This document shows, in pieces, positions 1-10,571 of a stretch of 49,233 bases of DNA (its first letter is position 1; each line of letters opens with the position of its first letter). Both the position numbers and the translations under genes were made by a program. The DNA comes from Candidatus Pacearchaeota archaeon. Lineage in GTDB: Archaea; Nanobdellota; Nanobdellia; Pacearchaeales; GW2011-AR1. The stretch covers positions 1 through 49,233 of the forward strand of contig JAGVWS010000011.1 in assembly GCA_018304165.1 (NCBI GenBank). The letters are read 5' to 3'. The notes below the pieces were generated by a model. It was not told the origin of the DNA, ran no database searches, and was given only the letters and a program-made list of their open reading frames with translations.

Positions 1-177
1 AACAATAATTGTCTTATGGAAAGTTGCCAAAAGAAGCATTGTTGTATGATTAATATTATTATACAATGTATTGATATAAGTTATGGTTGCTCATACAATC
101 TATTGCATGCTGTAGCTGCTCATGCAACACAGCACCAAAAGAAGATAATTTAAATAGTAGATTTTGTTATTAGTGAA

Positions 178-540
178 ATGAAAAAGTGGGTTATTGCAGC
201 CGTTATAGTTTTGGCAATGGTAATATTATTAGGTTTCTTTAAACTTAGCGGTTACGCATCATGGTCTCATCAATCGCAGTCAATTAATAACAAATTAAAC
301 AATTGCGAAGATACGGACTCTGGAAAAGACTACACTACTCCTGGAACAGCAACATGGACATGGGCTCTTAACAACAAAAAATATACTTACAAAGATTTCT
401 GTTCTCTTGGATTAGCAGTTAAAACAAGAATAACAGAATATTACTGCACCGCACAAAATACTGCATCTCCAATCTCTTACAATTGCGCAGCGATAGGAAA
501 AACATGCAAGAGCGGACCTGATGGAGCTTATTGCGGGTGA
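178..540 (+). CDS. Secreted/membrane-anchored Cys-rich protein (CxDTDxG-type repeat domain)
   Basis: N-terminal basic+hydrophobic signal; CEDTDSGKDY...G motif, EYYC and terminal C-x6-C...GxYC; TATA-like TTTAAATA about 22 nt upstream. Confidence 0.7.
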   Translation: MKKWVIAAVIVLAMVILLGFFKLSGYASWSHQSQSINNKLNNCEDTDSGKDYTTPGTATWTWALNNKKYTYKDFCSLGLAVKTRITEYYCTAQNTASPISYNCAAIGKTCKSGPDGAYCG

Positions 541-558
541 GATAAAAACTAGTTAGTT

Positions 559-858
559 TCAAAGAATTTTTAATAATCCAAAAACAAAAATCGCCGCCGA
601 AATAATCATTAGTACTGCTCCGTTAAGCTTCATCTTCTTAATCGCACTTTCTCTTCCGTATCTTTTCTCATAACTCTTGTTTAATGACTTATCGCTAAAG
701 TTCCAGCCACCAACGCCCCTAACAAATGGAATGCCAATAAACCTTTCAGGATTCCTATAAATAAATAATCCAAAAAAGAACAAAACCGCGCCGACGATTA
801 GGAACGATAATGAAACAGCTAGGGGATTTTCAAGCCTAATGCCAGTGCGAACAACCAT
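559..858 (-). CDS. Small two-TM membrane protein, unknown function
   Basis: Two hydrophobic segments at the N- and C-termini of a 99 aa ORF. Confidence 0.6.
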   Translation of the reverse strand: MVVRTGIRLENPLAVSLSFLIVGAVLFFFGLFIYRNPERFIGIPFVRGVGGWNFSDKSLNKSYEKRYGRESAIKKMKLNGAVLMIISAAIFVFGLLKIL

Positions 859-1206
859 GATAAATTATTGATTATAACGTTAATAAAACTATACCTTAAG
901 CAAAATTATCTGAACATACATTAGACTTGCTCAACAACTTATATTAACTTGCATTTAACATAGCGTGTCAATATTAGTAGATAATTCCTGTTTTATTCAT
1001 TGAGCGAATTTTAGATAATAATTAACTTTGTTCCCATCCAAACTAAATTTATCAGCATAAATGGTTCATTATCTAAACATTAACTTGACATTAACCTCGA
1101 TAGGTAATCTTAAACACGGCTTGTCTCATTAATACATAACCTTGCATAGCCCATCGTATTTAGATGATTATCAATTTATTTGTTCGAGATAATTATAGAT
1201 AATTGA

Positions 1207-3783
1207 CTACTCCTTCTTCCCTTCTCCGTTTCCGTCGCCATTCCCATTCATTTCTATCTCCTCAACGAGCTTCACTAAATCACTTACTTTATCGCCTTCC
1301 TGAAGCTTAACAATACGAACGCCTTGAGTAGCACGGGACATGACACGGATTTCTTTGACATTAGTCTTGATGACCATTCCCTTCTCGCTCGTAACAATTA
1401 TTTTATCCTTATTATTGATGCTGACGCTTGTAACGACATTGCCGGTCTTATCATGACTGACTTTTAGATTAATGACTCCCTTGCCGGCCCTGCCAGTAAG
1501 CCTGTAATCTTCAACGAGCGAGCGCTTGCCGTATCCTCTTTCAGTAATTGTAAGAATTGAAACATCTTTGTTATTCTCTGGAGATGGCAGGACTTCCAGG
1601 CTCATGACTCTGTCATTCTTGTCAAGTTTTATTCCAGTAACGCCATAAGCAGCCCTGCCCATGCTTCTAACCTCGCTACTGGCAAACCTTATAGCCTGGC
1701 CCTTCTTAGTTATGAGAAGAATCTGCTCCTTTTCCTTGATGAGCTTGACGTCAATTAATTCATCATTGCTATCAACTGGGAAATTCATAACTCTAACACC
1801 TGAAGAACGGGGCTTGGAGAACATCTTGAGAGGCATCTTCTTAATGATTCCGTTAGCAGTAACTAATAATAATTCACCCTCAAATTCCTTGACAGCCATG
1901 ACACTTGAGAGCTTTTCATCTTTTAGGTTGAGTAGGTTAATAATTGCCTTTCCCTTGCTGTATCTTTCTGCTGCAGGGACATCATGAGCCTTGAGCCAAT
2001 AAACACGTCCTTTTGAAGTGAAGAATAACAAGAAATCATGAGTTGAGCAGGTCATCAGCTGCTTAACAAAATCGCCTGTTGATAAGTCACTGCCAATAAT
2101 TCCCTTTCCTCCGCGCTTCTGCTCCTTGTAAGTCGCGATGTCCATCCTCTTGCAATAACCCTTGTCAGTAATCGTAATGACAACATCCTTCTTCTGAACG
2201 AGGTCTTTTTCTTCAAGTTCTTTAATAGCGCCAGCCATGACTCTAGTCCTTCGCTCATCACCATACTTCCTCTTAATCTCCATGACTTCCTTTCTAATCA
2301 CAGATAATATTTCTTCCTTGGAAGACAAGATTTTCTTCAGTTCTTTTATTTTTTCTTCAAGATCTTTCTCTTCTTTCTTTAATTTATCCTGCTCTAGATG
2401 AGTGAGTGCTGAAAGCTTTATTTCAAGGATTGCCTCAGCCTGCCTAATGGATAATTTGTATTTATGAACGAGCTTTTCCTTAGCATCAGTAGAGTTATCA
2501 GCCTTCTTGATGAGAGTTATAACATCATCAATATCCTTCAACGCAATTATTAAGCCTTTGACAATTTCTAAGCGGTCTTCAGCCTTTCTCAGGTCAAACT
2601 TTGTACGCTTCTCAACAACTTCAACACGATGCCTGACATATTCCTGAAGAATCCTCTTCAAGTCAAGAGTTAGAGGCTTGCCCCTGACAAGGGCAAGAAG
2701 GTTAACATCAAAATAATCCTGAAGCCTTGTGAATTTGTACAATTTATTAATAACAAATTTGCTGTCAACGCCTCGGCGAAGGTCAATAACAACACGAATC
2801 TTGCCCTTGGCAGATTCGTCACGGATATCACTAATCTCTGTGAGTTTCTTTTCCTGAGCAAGCTGGGCTATTTGTGTGACGAGATCGGCTTTATTAACCA
2901 TGTAAGGAATTTCAGTAATAATTATTCTCTCCTTGCCCTTCTTAGTCTCAGTGCCAATCCTTCCACGAACAGTTATTCTTCCCCTGCCAGTGCTATAAAC
3001 TTCTTTCATATCACCAGAAGCAGAACCCCCAGTAGGGAAATCAGGACCCTGAACTATTTCTAAGAGTTTATCAATTGTGATATCATGATTATCAATGTAC
3101 TTAATCGTTGCATCACAAACCTCTGTTAAGTTATGGGGGGGGATGTTTGTTGCCATTCCGACAGCGATTCCGCTTGCTCCATTGATTAAGAGGTTTGGGA
3201 GTTTTGCCGGAAGAAGTTCAGGCTCATCAAGAGTATTGTCAAAATTAGGAATCATCTTGACGGTTTCTTTATCAAGATCTTCTAAAATGTCCATTGCTGG
3301 AGCAGAAAGCTTGGCCTCGGTATATCTTTCTGCAGCTGGAGGATCTCCATCTCTGCTACCAAAATTTCCTTGGCCAATGACTAAAGGATACCTTAGTGAA
3401 AAATCCTGCGCCATCCTGACAAGCGCATCGTAGATCGCGAGATTTCCATGCGGATGCAATTTGCCCATAATGTCCCCAACAATTCTTGCACTCTTCTTTG
3501 TTTGAGCTGTTGGTTTTAAGCCAAGAAGGTCCATAGCGTAGAGAATACGGCGATGAACTGGCTTCAAGCCATCCTCAACAGCAGGGAGTGCTCTTGAAAC
3601 AATGACTGACATGGCATAATTAATATATGCCTTCTCCATTTCTTCAGTTATTTCAGCGTTAACAACACCCTTTTCATTAATAGCAGCCGCTGCGTGCTCT
3701 TTCCTGCTCTCTTCAGACTCTTCATCTTCTTCGAAAGCGTCGTCGTTTTCTCCGTTTTTGTTATTTTCTTTGTCGGTTGCCAT
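1207..3783 (-). CDS. gyrA: DNA gyrase subunit A
   Basis: [16 protein letters not shown], catalytic RYTE, GyrA-box QKRGGKG, C-terminal beta-pinwheel repeats. Confidence 0.98.
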   Translation of the reverse strand: MATDKENNKNGENDDAFEEDEESEESRKEHAAAAINEKGVVNAEITEEMEKAYINYAMSVIVSRALPAVEDGLKPVHRRILYAMDLLGLKPTAQTKKSARIVGDIMGKLHPHGNLAIYDALVRMAQDFSLRYPLVIGQGNFGSRDGDPPAAERYTEAKLSAPAMDILEDLDKETVKMIPNFDNTLDEPELLPAKLPNLLINGASGIAVGMATNIPPHNLTEVCDATIKYIDNHDITIDKLLEIVQGPDFPTGGSASGDMKEVYSTGRGRITVRGRIGTETKKGKERIIITEIPYMVNKADLVTQIAQLAQEKKLTEISDIRDESAKGKIRVVIDLRRGVDSKFVINKLYKFTRLQDYFDVNLLALVRGKPLTLDLKRILQEYVRHRVEVVEKRTKFDLRKAEDRLEIVKGLIIALKDIDDVITLIKKADNSTDAKEKLVHKYKLSIRQAEAILEIKLSALTHLEQDKLKKEEKDLEEKIKELKKILSSKEEILSVIRKEVMEIKRKYGDERRTRVMAGAIKELEEKDLVQKKDVVITITDKGYCKRMDIATYKEQKRGGKGIIGSDLSTGDFVKQLMTCSTHDFLLFFTSKGRVYWLKAHDVPAAERYSKGKAIINLLNLKDEKLSSVMAVKEFEGELLLVTANGIIKKMPLKMFSKPRSSGVRVMNFPVDSNDELIDVKLIKEKEQILLITKKGQAIRFASSEVRSMGRAAYGVTGIKLDKNDRVMSLEVLPSPENNKDVSILTITERGYGKRSLVEDYRLTGRAGKGVINLKVSHDKTGNVVTSVSINNKDKIIVTSEKGMVIKTNVKEIRVMSRATQGVRIVKLQEGDKVSDLVKLVEEIEMNGNGDGNGEGKKE

Positions 3784-3945
3784 GATTAATTATTGAATTT
3801 TATTAGTTAAATAAACCCCCTTATCAATTAATGTTAATCTATTATGCTTAACAATTAAGGCTACATCAGCTGATAGCGTCGTTTTAACTATATCATCTGC
3901 CGCTTCAGTATTTTTATTGTCGACTAATTTATTCATTTTATCATC

Positions 3946-5838
3946 CTAAGTATCTATAAACGCCTCGTGAGCTCTTTCAACTATGAACGCTTTTCTTGGT
4001 TCAACATCATCACCCATTAGTGTTGAGAAAACCCTGTCAGCTTCAACGGTGTCTTCAACAGTTACTTTCTTAAGCGTGCGGGTAGCAGGATTCATCGTAG
4101 TTTCCCATAACTGCTCTGAATTCATTTCGCCCAGACCCTTGAAACGGTTTACCGTAGCATTGCTGCCAACTTTATCAAGGACTTTCTTCAATTCCTCGTC
4201 AGAATAAACCCAGATATCCTCTTTTTTCCTTACTTTATACAGGGGGGAAACAGCGATAAAGATATTGCCGTTCTCAATTAGCTGAGACATGAAGCGGAAG
4301 AAGAAAGTTAACAGCAAAGTACGGATGTGCTCGCCGTCAACATCTGCGTCGGTATTAATAATAATCTTATTGTACCTTAATTTAGAGATATCAAACTGCT
4401 CTCCAACACCCGTGCCTATTGCTGTAATCATGTTGGCGATTTCCTCGCTTGACAAAACTTTAACAGGGTTTGCTTTTTCAACATTTAAAATTTTACCCTT
4501 CAGGGGAAGAATAGCCTGGTACTCTTTGTTTCTGCCTTCCTTTGCAGTGCCTCCGGCGCTCTGACCCTCGACAAGGAACAGTTCTGTCTTATCATGCTTC
4601 TTGGAAGAGCAATCGGCGAGTTTTCCTGGAAGCCCTCCAGAACCAAAAGCAGATTTCCTGCGGATCATGTCACGAGCCTTAGCAGCAGCAAGCCTTGCTT
4701 TAGCAGAATCATAAGCCTTTTGGGCAATCTTCTTAGCTATTTGCGGATTCTCCTCAAAAAATTCTGCGAGAGCAGAAGTACTAATAGAATCCATAATTCC
4801 TTTGATTTCGGAGTTGCCAAGCTTAGTCTTAGTCTGGCCTTCAAATTGGGGCTCGGGAATCTTGATAGAGACGACAGCAGTCAGGCCTTCGCGGACATCA
4901 TCGCCGGTAAGGTTTTCCTTGGCCTTCAGAATATTTTGCTTTTGGGCGTAGTCATTAATAACCCTCGTTAAAGCAGTTTTAAATCCGGCAATGTGAGTGC
5001 CTCCCTCAACAGTGTTAATTGTATTTACGAAACCAAAAATATTCTCCTGATAAGTATTATTGTACTGGACAGAAACTTCAGCAATCACAGAGTCTGTCTG
5101 CTTCTTGAAATAAATAGGCTTATGAAGCGTTTCCTTGCTTCTATTGAGCCATTTTACAAACTCAACAAGCCCTCCCTCAAAATGGAATTCTTCCTTCTTA
5201 TCCTTTCTCTCATCACTAAGAATTATTTTAAGGCCAGCATTGAGAAATGCAATCTCCCTAAAACGCGTAGCGAGGACATTGTAATCAAAATCGGTTGTTG
5301 AAAAAATCTTCCCGTCAGGAAAGAAAATTACTTTGGTTCCGGTTTCTTTTCCTTCGTACTTGCCAATTATCTTGACATTATAAAGCGGAGTGCCACCTTC
5401 GTATTCCTGCTTGTGGATTTTTCCATCTCTTCTGACCTCGACTGCCATATGTTTGGAAAGAGCAGCAACAACGCTTATCCCAACGCCATGCAAACCCCCG
5501 GAAACAGCGTATGATTTCTTATCAAATTTGCCGCCAGCGTGAAGTTTTGTAACTACAATTTCAAGGGCAGATTTTTTGTAAACAGGATGAACATCTACCG
5601 GAATACCTCTGCCATTATCTTCAACAGTAACTGAGCCATTCTTGTTAATAATAACCCTGATTAAGGTGCAGATGTCAGCCATGGCTTCGTCTACGGCGTT
5701 GTCAACAACCTCCCAGACAAGATGATGCAGGCCTTCCTTCCCTGTAGAGCCGACATACATGGCAGGCCTCAACTTAACTCCCTCAAGGCCTTCCAATACC
5801 CGTATTTCTTTTGCGTCGTACTCTTTTTTGTCTGCCAT
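3946..5838 (-). CDS. gyrB: DNA gyrase subunit B (start more likely MADKK at 5838 than 5871)
   Basis: LRPAMYVG, EVVDNAVDE, DNGRGIP, GGLHGVG, TOPRIM EGQSAGG/PLKGKILN/DADVDG, RFKGLGEM. Confidence 0.98.
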   Translation of the reverse strand: MADKKEYDAKEIRVLEGLEGVKLRPAMYVGSTGKEGLHHLVWEVVDNAVDEAMADICTLIRVIINKNGSVTVEDNGRGIPVDVHPVYKKSALEIVVTKLHAGGKFDKKSYAVSGGLHGVGISVVAALSKHMAVEVRRDGKIHKQEYEGGTPLYNVKIIGKYEGKETGTKVIFFPDGKIFSTTDFDYNVLATRFREIAFLNAGLKIILSDERKDKKEEFHFEGGLVEFVKWLNRSKETLHKPIYFKKQTDSVIAEVSVQYNNTYQENIFGFVNTINTVEGGTHIAGFKTALTRVINDYAQKQNILKAKENLTGDDVREGLTAVVSIKIPEPQFEGQTKTKLGNSEIKGIMDSISTSALAEFFEENPQIAKKIAQKAYDSAKARLAAAKARDMIRRKSAFGSGGLPGKLADCSSKKHDKTELFLVEGQSAGGTAKEGRNKEYQAILPLKGKILNVEKANPVKVLSSEEIANMITAIGTGVGEQFDISKLRYNKIIINTDADVDGEHIRTLLLTFFFRFMSQLIENGNIFIAVSPLYKVRKKEDIWVYSDEELKKVLDKVGSNATVNRFKGLGEMNSEQLWETTMNPATRTLKKVTVEDTVEADRVFSTLMGDDVEPRKAFIVERAHEAFIDT

Positions 5839-6107
5839 TTTTCTGTGTTTATAATATGAAAAATCAAACATAGTTTAAAAACCTTTCGTGAAAGGTTTTA
5901 CGTTTTATCGTCGATAAAAAGCTTTTTGGCACCAATTATATACTTTAAGATATATATTGGAGAATATATTTAACTCCGGACAATTTATGTAAGAATATCG
6001 CTCAAAATCAGCTGTGATCCGTTAATCTGATGTCTCTCTAAGCTGAAGTTTAACTGGTTTTATTTCAGCTAATAGTATAATTTTATGGGCTAAACTTGGA
6101 TTAACAA

Positions 6108-6317
6108 TCACTTCTTCACGTGCTCTTTAGGGTGTTTTTCAGCTTTTTTCTTTTCGTGATAAATAGAAGTCCACTTAACTTTGTCACTCTCTCTTCTCAT
6201 TTTGAAATTTTTCCTGCATTTTGAAGAGCAATAATGCCTTGTGTGGCCTGTTGTGTCAAACTCTGTCAATCCATATGGGGCTTCATATTCCCTGCCGCAG
6301 AATGTGCATTTAGCCAT
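6108..6317 (-). CDS. rpl24e: 50S ribosomal protein L24e
   Basis: CTFCG...YCSSKC zinc motif, KVKWT; conserved L7Ae-S28e-L24e order. Confidence 0.93.
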   Translation of the reverse strand: MAKCTFCGREYEAPYGLTEFDTTGHTRHYCSSKCRKNFKMRRESDKVKWTSIYHEKKKAEKHPKEHVKK

Positions 6318-6539
6318 TTTTATTATTTATATTCCTAAATTAAATTTAATTTACAGTTTAGACTGCAATAACCCTTAATTAATTGTAAATCGCTGATAGC
6401 CTTATTAACATTGCGAGTTCTGTTAAATGATTTAAAACAACCGCTTATTAAATGCAAACAGTTAAGCTTAGCGGCTATATTTATTTGATTTATAGCTAAT
6501 TCGTTATTGCCTGTCTTATTATCGGCTAACATCTTTTCC

Positions 6540-6935
6540 TTATGTAAACGCCCCCTTTGTTACAGATGTCCTGATTCTGCGGGCTTCAATCTCTGTTTCC
6601 CTTAACATTAATATGTCTTTGAGCCTTACAGGACCCTTTACATTTCTTCTCATTGAACGCCCCTTGTTTCTTCCCTGTAATACTCTGCACTTGACCTGAG
6701 TTATTTCCCCCCTCACTCCCGTCCTGCCAATTATCTGCTCAACTATTGCAGGGACTGCTTCACCAACTGCAAGAGTTCTTCCCGCTCTTTCTGCTCTTTC
6801 CGTTTTTTCAGTTTTCCCGGAAGATTTATTATCTTTACCCTCAGAAGATTCAGACTGCTTCCCCTGCTCTTGAGGATCTTCCTCCTGCTTTCCCTGTCTT
6901 TGAGAGTATTCTTCTTGTTTTTGTTCTTCTGCCAT
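6540..6935 (-). CDS. rps28e: 30S ribosomal protein S28e with long N-terminal extension
   Basis: [17 protein letters not shown]...[20 protein letters not shown]. Confidence 0.95.
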   Translation of the reverse strand: MAEEQKQEEYSQRQGKQEEDPQEQGKQSESSEGKDNKSSGKTEKTERAERAGRTLAVGEAVPAIVEQIIGRTGVRGEITQVKCRVLQGRNKGRSMRRNVKGPVRLKDILMLRETEIEARRIRTSVTKGAFT

Positions 6936-6980
6936 TTTAGTATACCTGCAGTATTAATTTATCCTAAAATTAATTCGATA

Positions 6981-7340
6981 TTACCTGCTCTTTTTCTTTT
7001 CGGGCTTTTCTGTCTTTTCAGCTTTTTTCTCTGCTCTTGCTCTTTCTGCCTTAGGTTTTTCTGCTCTTGTTTCGCTGGCTTCTACTATAGCTATGGCGGA
7101 GCATGGAACATTTATTCCTGCAGCAGCCCCGAGCTTTGCTTTGCTGTCAGCTTCATTGCATTCTATGCCCCTTTCCTTGCATAATGCCGGCAGATGAGCA
7201 ACGATCTCCTTGGGCTCAACATCTTTAGCATAGAAGACGGCCTTTGCTGTGCCTCTTTCAATAGCTTTAGTAACTTCGTTGATACCTTTCTCAATTTTTC
7301 CCGATTTTCTGGCTTGCTCTATTGTGGAGTAGAAATCCAT
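6981..7340 (-). CDS. rpl7ae: 50S ribosomal protein L7Ae
   Basis: GKIEKGINEVTKAIERG, DVEPKEIVAHLPALCKE, LGAAAGI; GGAGG RBS upstream. Confidence 0.96.
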   Translation of the reverse strand: MDFYSTIEQARKSGKIEKGINEVTKAIERGTAKAVFYAKDVEPKEIVAHLPALCKERGIECNEADSKAKLGAAAGINVPCSAIAIVEASETRAEKPKAERARAEKKAEKTEKPEKKKSR

Positions 7341-7543
7341 TTTTCCTCCTATTGTATTTAGTCATTGGAATAAAGAGTAATGCGGAAAAATGGTTTATAA
7401 ATGTGTCGGTAGTTTTTTGAAAAGTATAAACCATTTTTCATTACAATAATGAATCTAAAGCGGCTACAATACTCTATTATGAATATAAAACTGCTACAAT
7501 ACTCTACTTCATGGATCATTTATGGAAAACCAACAAGATAAAC

Positions 7544-7572
7544 TCACTTCCAGAAAACTTCTACCTGATGAG
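7544..7572 (-). repeat. Duplicated 3' end of kae1 (direct repeat of 8896-8924)
   Basis: 25/29 identity; both copies encode QVEVFWK-stop. Confidence 0.85.
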
Positions 7573-7591
7573 CCTAAAAACTCAAGGATTT

Positions 7592-8839
7592 TTATTTTAA
7601 AAGCCACTTCCATGCAGGAATCATTTTTATTATTCCTTCATCAACCTTTAATTTTCCTTCATCTTTCTTAGTTATTAAGTATGCTTCTTTTCTGCCGAAT
7701 TTCCTCATGAATTCTTTTAGTGTCTTAAAGTCTTCATTGTTAATTTTTTCTTGATACTTGATTTCAATTGGAGTGTCATTATGTATTATGTCTAATTCGT
7801 TGCCATTCTTCCAGAAGCTTTTAGCATCCATAGAATTAATTATTGCCGTTTCAACCATTCTGCCGAAGAAGTCACTATTAATTGGCGTTTTGTAAAGCTT
7901 TATTATCCCATTGTCTGTTGGATAAGCTCTTTTTTTCTTTCTTAGAGTAGTACTTCCTCTCCTGTAATTTCCAAGCATTCTAATAAGGAAACTTTCCTGC
8001 AAGTAGCTAATATAACTCTTTATTACCCTTCTGTCTTTTTCAAATTGTTTGCTCAATGATTGGTAATCAATATACATTCCTGGATTATAAGTTATTAATT
8101 GAAGTAGCGTCCTCAACAATTCTGGCTCTTCAATCTTAAATCTTTGGGGGATATCTTTGTAAATTATCCTGTCAATCACTAATGCTTGTATATATTCTTT
8201 AAAATCTTTTTCGCTTTCTAATCTGAAAGTTTCTGGAAAACCTCCATTTTCAACATACTTTATGAATAATGGGTTGATTTTTGTTTCATATTTGTATTCT
8301 GTTTCTAAAACATTGTTGAATTTCAGGTACTCAGTAAATCTGAACGGAGTTATCATGAATTCTGCTATTCTACCAGCTAGTGTTTCTTTAGTCTTCTTTC
8401 TTATGAATAGTGATTCTGAACCAGTTATAACAAATTTTATTTTTGGATAAATATCATAATATTTTTTCATCTCATTTTCCCAATTATTGCATTTTTGAAT
8501 CTCATCTAAGAATATATAGACTTTTTCTTCACGAAAATCTTTTTTCTCTGCTTCTTTGTAAGATTCTAAAACTTCTCCAAACGTTGCTTTAATTTCATCA
8601 AAAGAATAGAATAGAATATTCTCTTTCTTGATACCTTCTTCAAGTAATTTTTCAATAAGCTGGTAAGCAATAGTAGTCTTGCCAACTCTTCTAAGACCGA
8701 TTAATGCGATAATAAATCTTTCCTTCATTCTCCTGTTTACATCTAAAAAAACCTCGCGTTTGAAAGGCAGAGCTAATTCAGGATCAACCTTGTTACTAAT
8801 CCACCAATGATTAACCTGCTCTAACGATAATTTTTCCAT
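7592..8839 (-). CDS. AAA+ superfamily ATPase (AAA_14/DUF4143 type)
   Basis: Walker A GLRRVGKT, Walker B IFLDEIQ, ITGS, GGFPE, C-terminal ELD..PIEIKY nuclease-like motif. Confidence 0.9.
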   Translation of the reverse strand: MEKLSLEQVNHWWISNKVDPELALPFKREVFLDVNRRMKERFIIALIGLRRVGKTTIAYQLIEKLLEEGIKKENILFYSFDEIKATFGEVLESYKEAEKKDFREEKVYIFLDEIQKCNNWENEMKKYYDIYPKIKFVITGSESLFIRKKTKETLAGRIAEFMITPFRFTEYLKFNNVLETEYKYETKINPLFIKYVENGGFPETFRLESEKDFKEYIQALVIDRIIYKDIPQRFKIEEPELLRTLLQLITYNPGMYIDYQSLSKQFEKDRRVIKSYISYLQESFLIRMLGNYRRGSTTLRKKKRAYPTDNGIIKLYKTPINSDFFGRMVETAIINSMDAKSFWKNGNELDIIHNDTPIEIKYQEKINNEDFKTLKEFMRKFGRKEAYLITKKDEGKLKVDEGIIKMIPAWKWLLK

Positions 8840-8895
8840 ATGTACATTATATTGTACTTATTTATAAACCTTATGGTCATTGCAATGTACATATT

Positions 8896-9908
8896 TTACT
8901 TCCAAAAAACTTCTACTTGATCAGTCCTCTGTCTCGGATTAATATCAATATTCTCAATCTTCTGAAAAGGAATTTTCTTTTTTTTCATTGCCTTGTACAT
9001 TATCTCTCCGGTAAAAGCAATCATCGCTGCGTTATCAACAAGGAATTGATTTTCAGGGACGAAGAATTTGGCTTCGCGCTCTTCGCACATAATCCTACAC
9101 ATCTCCTGAAGCCTTTTGTTGCAGGCAACTCCTCCTCCGAGAAGAAGCTCGCTTTTTCCGACATGGGCCAATGCTCTCTCACTGGCTTCAACGAGCATCG
9201 CGAAAGCTGTTTCCTGCAAACTATAAGCTAAATTCTTAAGGTCATACTTTTTACTATCAAGTTTTTGCTTGAGATTAGTAAGCATTCCGGAGAAAGCAAC
9301 ATCCATGCCCTTAATAGTGTAAGGAAGCTCAATGTATTCTCTTGATGATTCCTGCGAGAGTTTGTCAATAATTGGTCCTCCGGGAAAGCCGATTCCTGCG
9401 TGGCGTGCGAAGGTATCAATGAAGTTGCCGATGCCGACATCCAAAGTTTCTCCGAAAACTCTGTATTTTCCTTCGGCGTAAGCGATAATTTGAGTATTAG
9501 CGCCACTAGCGTAGAGAAGAACAGGATTCTTAGCACCAGTCAACGCACCAATCTCCAAGTGAGCAATGCAGTGATTTACTGGAATTATTGGAATATTGAG
9601 TTTCTTTGCCAGGTTTTTAGCGAAGCGCATTCCTTCAACGAGGCAGGGAGCTAGGCCGGGAGCGTTGGATACAGCTACTGTCAGTATCTCTGATTCGCTG
9701 ATTCTGGCTTTTTCAAGGGCTTCCCTGTAGACTCTCTCTACAACTTCTTTGTGATGTTTAGCAGCATGAATTGGAATAATTCCTCCGGATTCTGTTGTGT
9801 AGCTGTCTTTAATGTTAGCAAGAATCTTCCTGCTGCCAAATTCAACGATGCCAACACCGAAAGTGTGGGCTGTTGTTTCAATGCCGAGGATGTATTTCTT
9901 AGAAGCAT
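8896..9908 (-). CDS. kae1: Kae1/TsaD t6A tRNA threonylcarbamoyltransferase; frame open from about 9909 but the ATG at 9908 is out of frame
   Basis: Frame upstream of the tracked ORF reads YASKKYILGIETTAHTFGVGIV...GGIIP..AAKHH...PGLAPCL, then VNHCIAHLE, SGANTQ, ETLD, GGVACN, DNAAMIA. Confidence 0.93.
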
Positions 9909-10019
9909 AGTAGTTAAGTGAATAAATGCTTATAAAATGCTTTTGGTTTAAGGTGTATTGCTTGTCTATATAGAGGCATTTTGAAAAGGGTTAAAAAGTA
10001 TTCTTTTCTTTAAATTAAT

Positions 10020-10571
10020 ATGATTAAAAAGATTAAATCCGTTAACGCTTATATCAAAGAATATTTTGAAGCCCATCCAAATCAAGATATAGAACATGGC
10101 AAAGTTGTAGATTATGTTTTTAAGTTCATACCAAAAGCAAGAGACCCATGGAGGGCTGTGAGAATGTTATATCAAAGGGGATGGCTTATTCAAGTAAGAA
10201 AAGGAGTCTATAGAAGAGACCCAAATTATAAAGGACAAGATGTTACAGCCCTTTTTCCAAATGAGATTAGAGAAGAAATCTTTAGGAGAGATAGCTATCG
10301 CTGTGTTGTTTGTGGAAATGGTAAACATAATGGTTATGAAATCCATGCAGACCATATTAAACCACAAGCCAAAGGCGGAACCTCTACTTTAGAAAACGGG
10401 CAGACATTATGCAGTGAACACAATTTGATAAAAAAAAGATATGGTGTAATTGAATTTCTAGGAAAATATTGTAGAAGTATGATTGAGAGAGCAATACAAT
10501 ATAAAGATGCGATTACTGAAAAAATGTTTAGAGAAATTCTTGCAGTATTAAAAAGGTATAAAGCGGATTAG
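10020..10571 (+). CDS. HNH endonuclease with N-terminal wHTH-like region; probable restriction enzyme
   Basis: RDSYRCVVCG...HADHIKP..KGG....NGQTLCSEHN..K; convergent with and overlapping an MTase. Confidence 0.85.
   Translation: MIKKIKSVNAYIKEYFEAHPNQDIEHGKVVDYVFKFIPKARDPWRAVRMLYQRGWLIQVRKGVYRRDPNYKGQDVTALFPNEIREEIFRRDSYRCVVCGNGKHNGYEIHADHIKPQAKGGTSTLENGQTLCSEHNLIKKRYGVIEFLGKYCRSMIERAIQYKDAITEKMFREILAVLKRYKAD

Noticed and set aside
1207-3783. Topoisomerase IV ParC
   Set aside because: The GyrA-box QKRGGKG and a full C-terminal pinwheel are present
1661-5301. ORFs antisense or out of frame to gyrA/gyrB (similarly within guaB, MFS, kinase and oxidoreductase genes)
   Set aside because: Shadow ORFs fully overlapping well-supported genes, with no motifs
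6335-6532. 65-aa ORF between rps28e and rpl24e
   Set aside because: No motif; composition resembles the other AT-rich spacer regions; cannot support it as a gene
7463-7506. 14-bp direct repeat GCTACAATACTCTA
   Set aside because: Only two copies about 30 bp apart with no other context; likely a local slippage duplication
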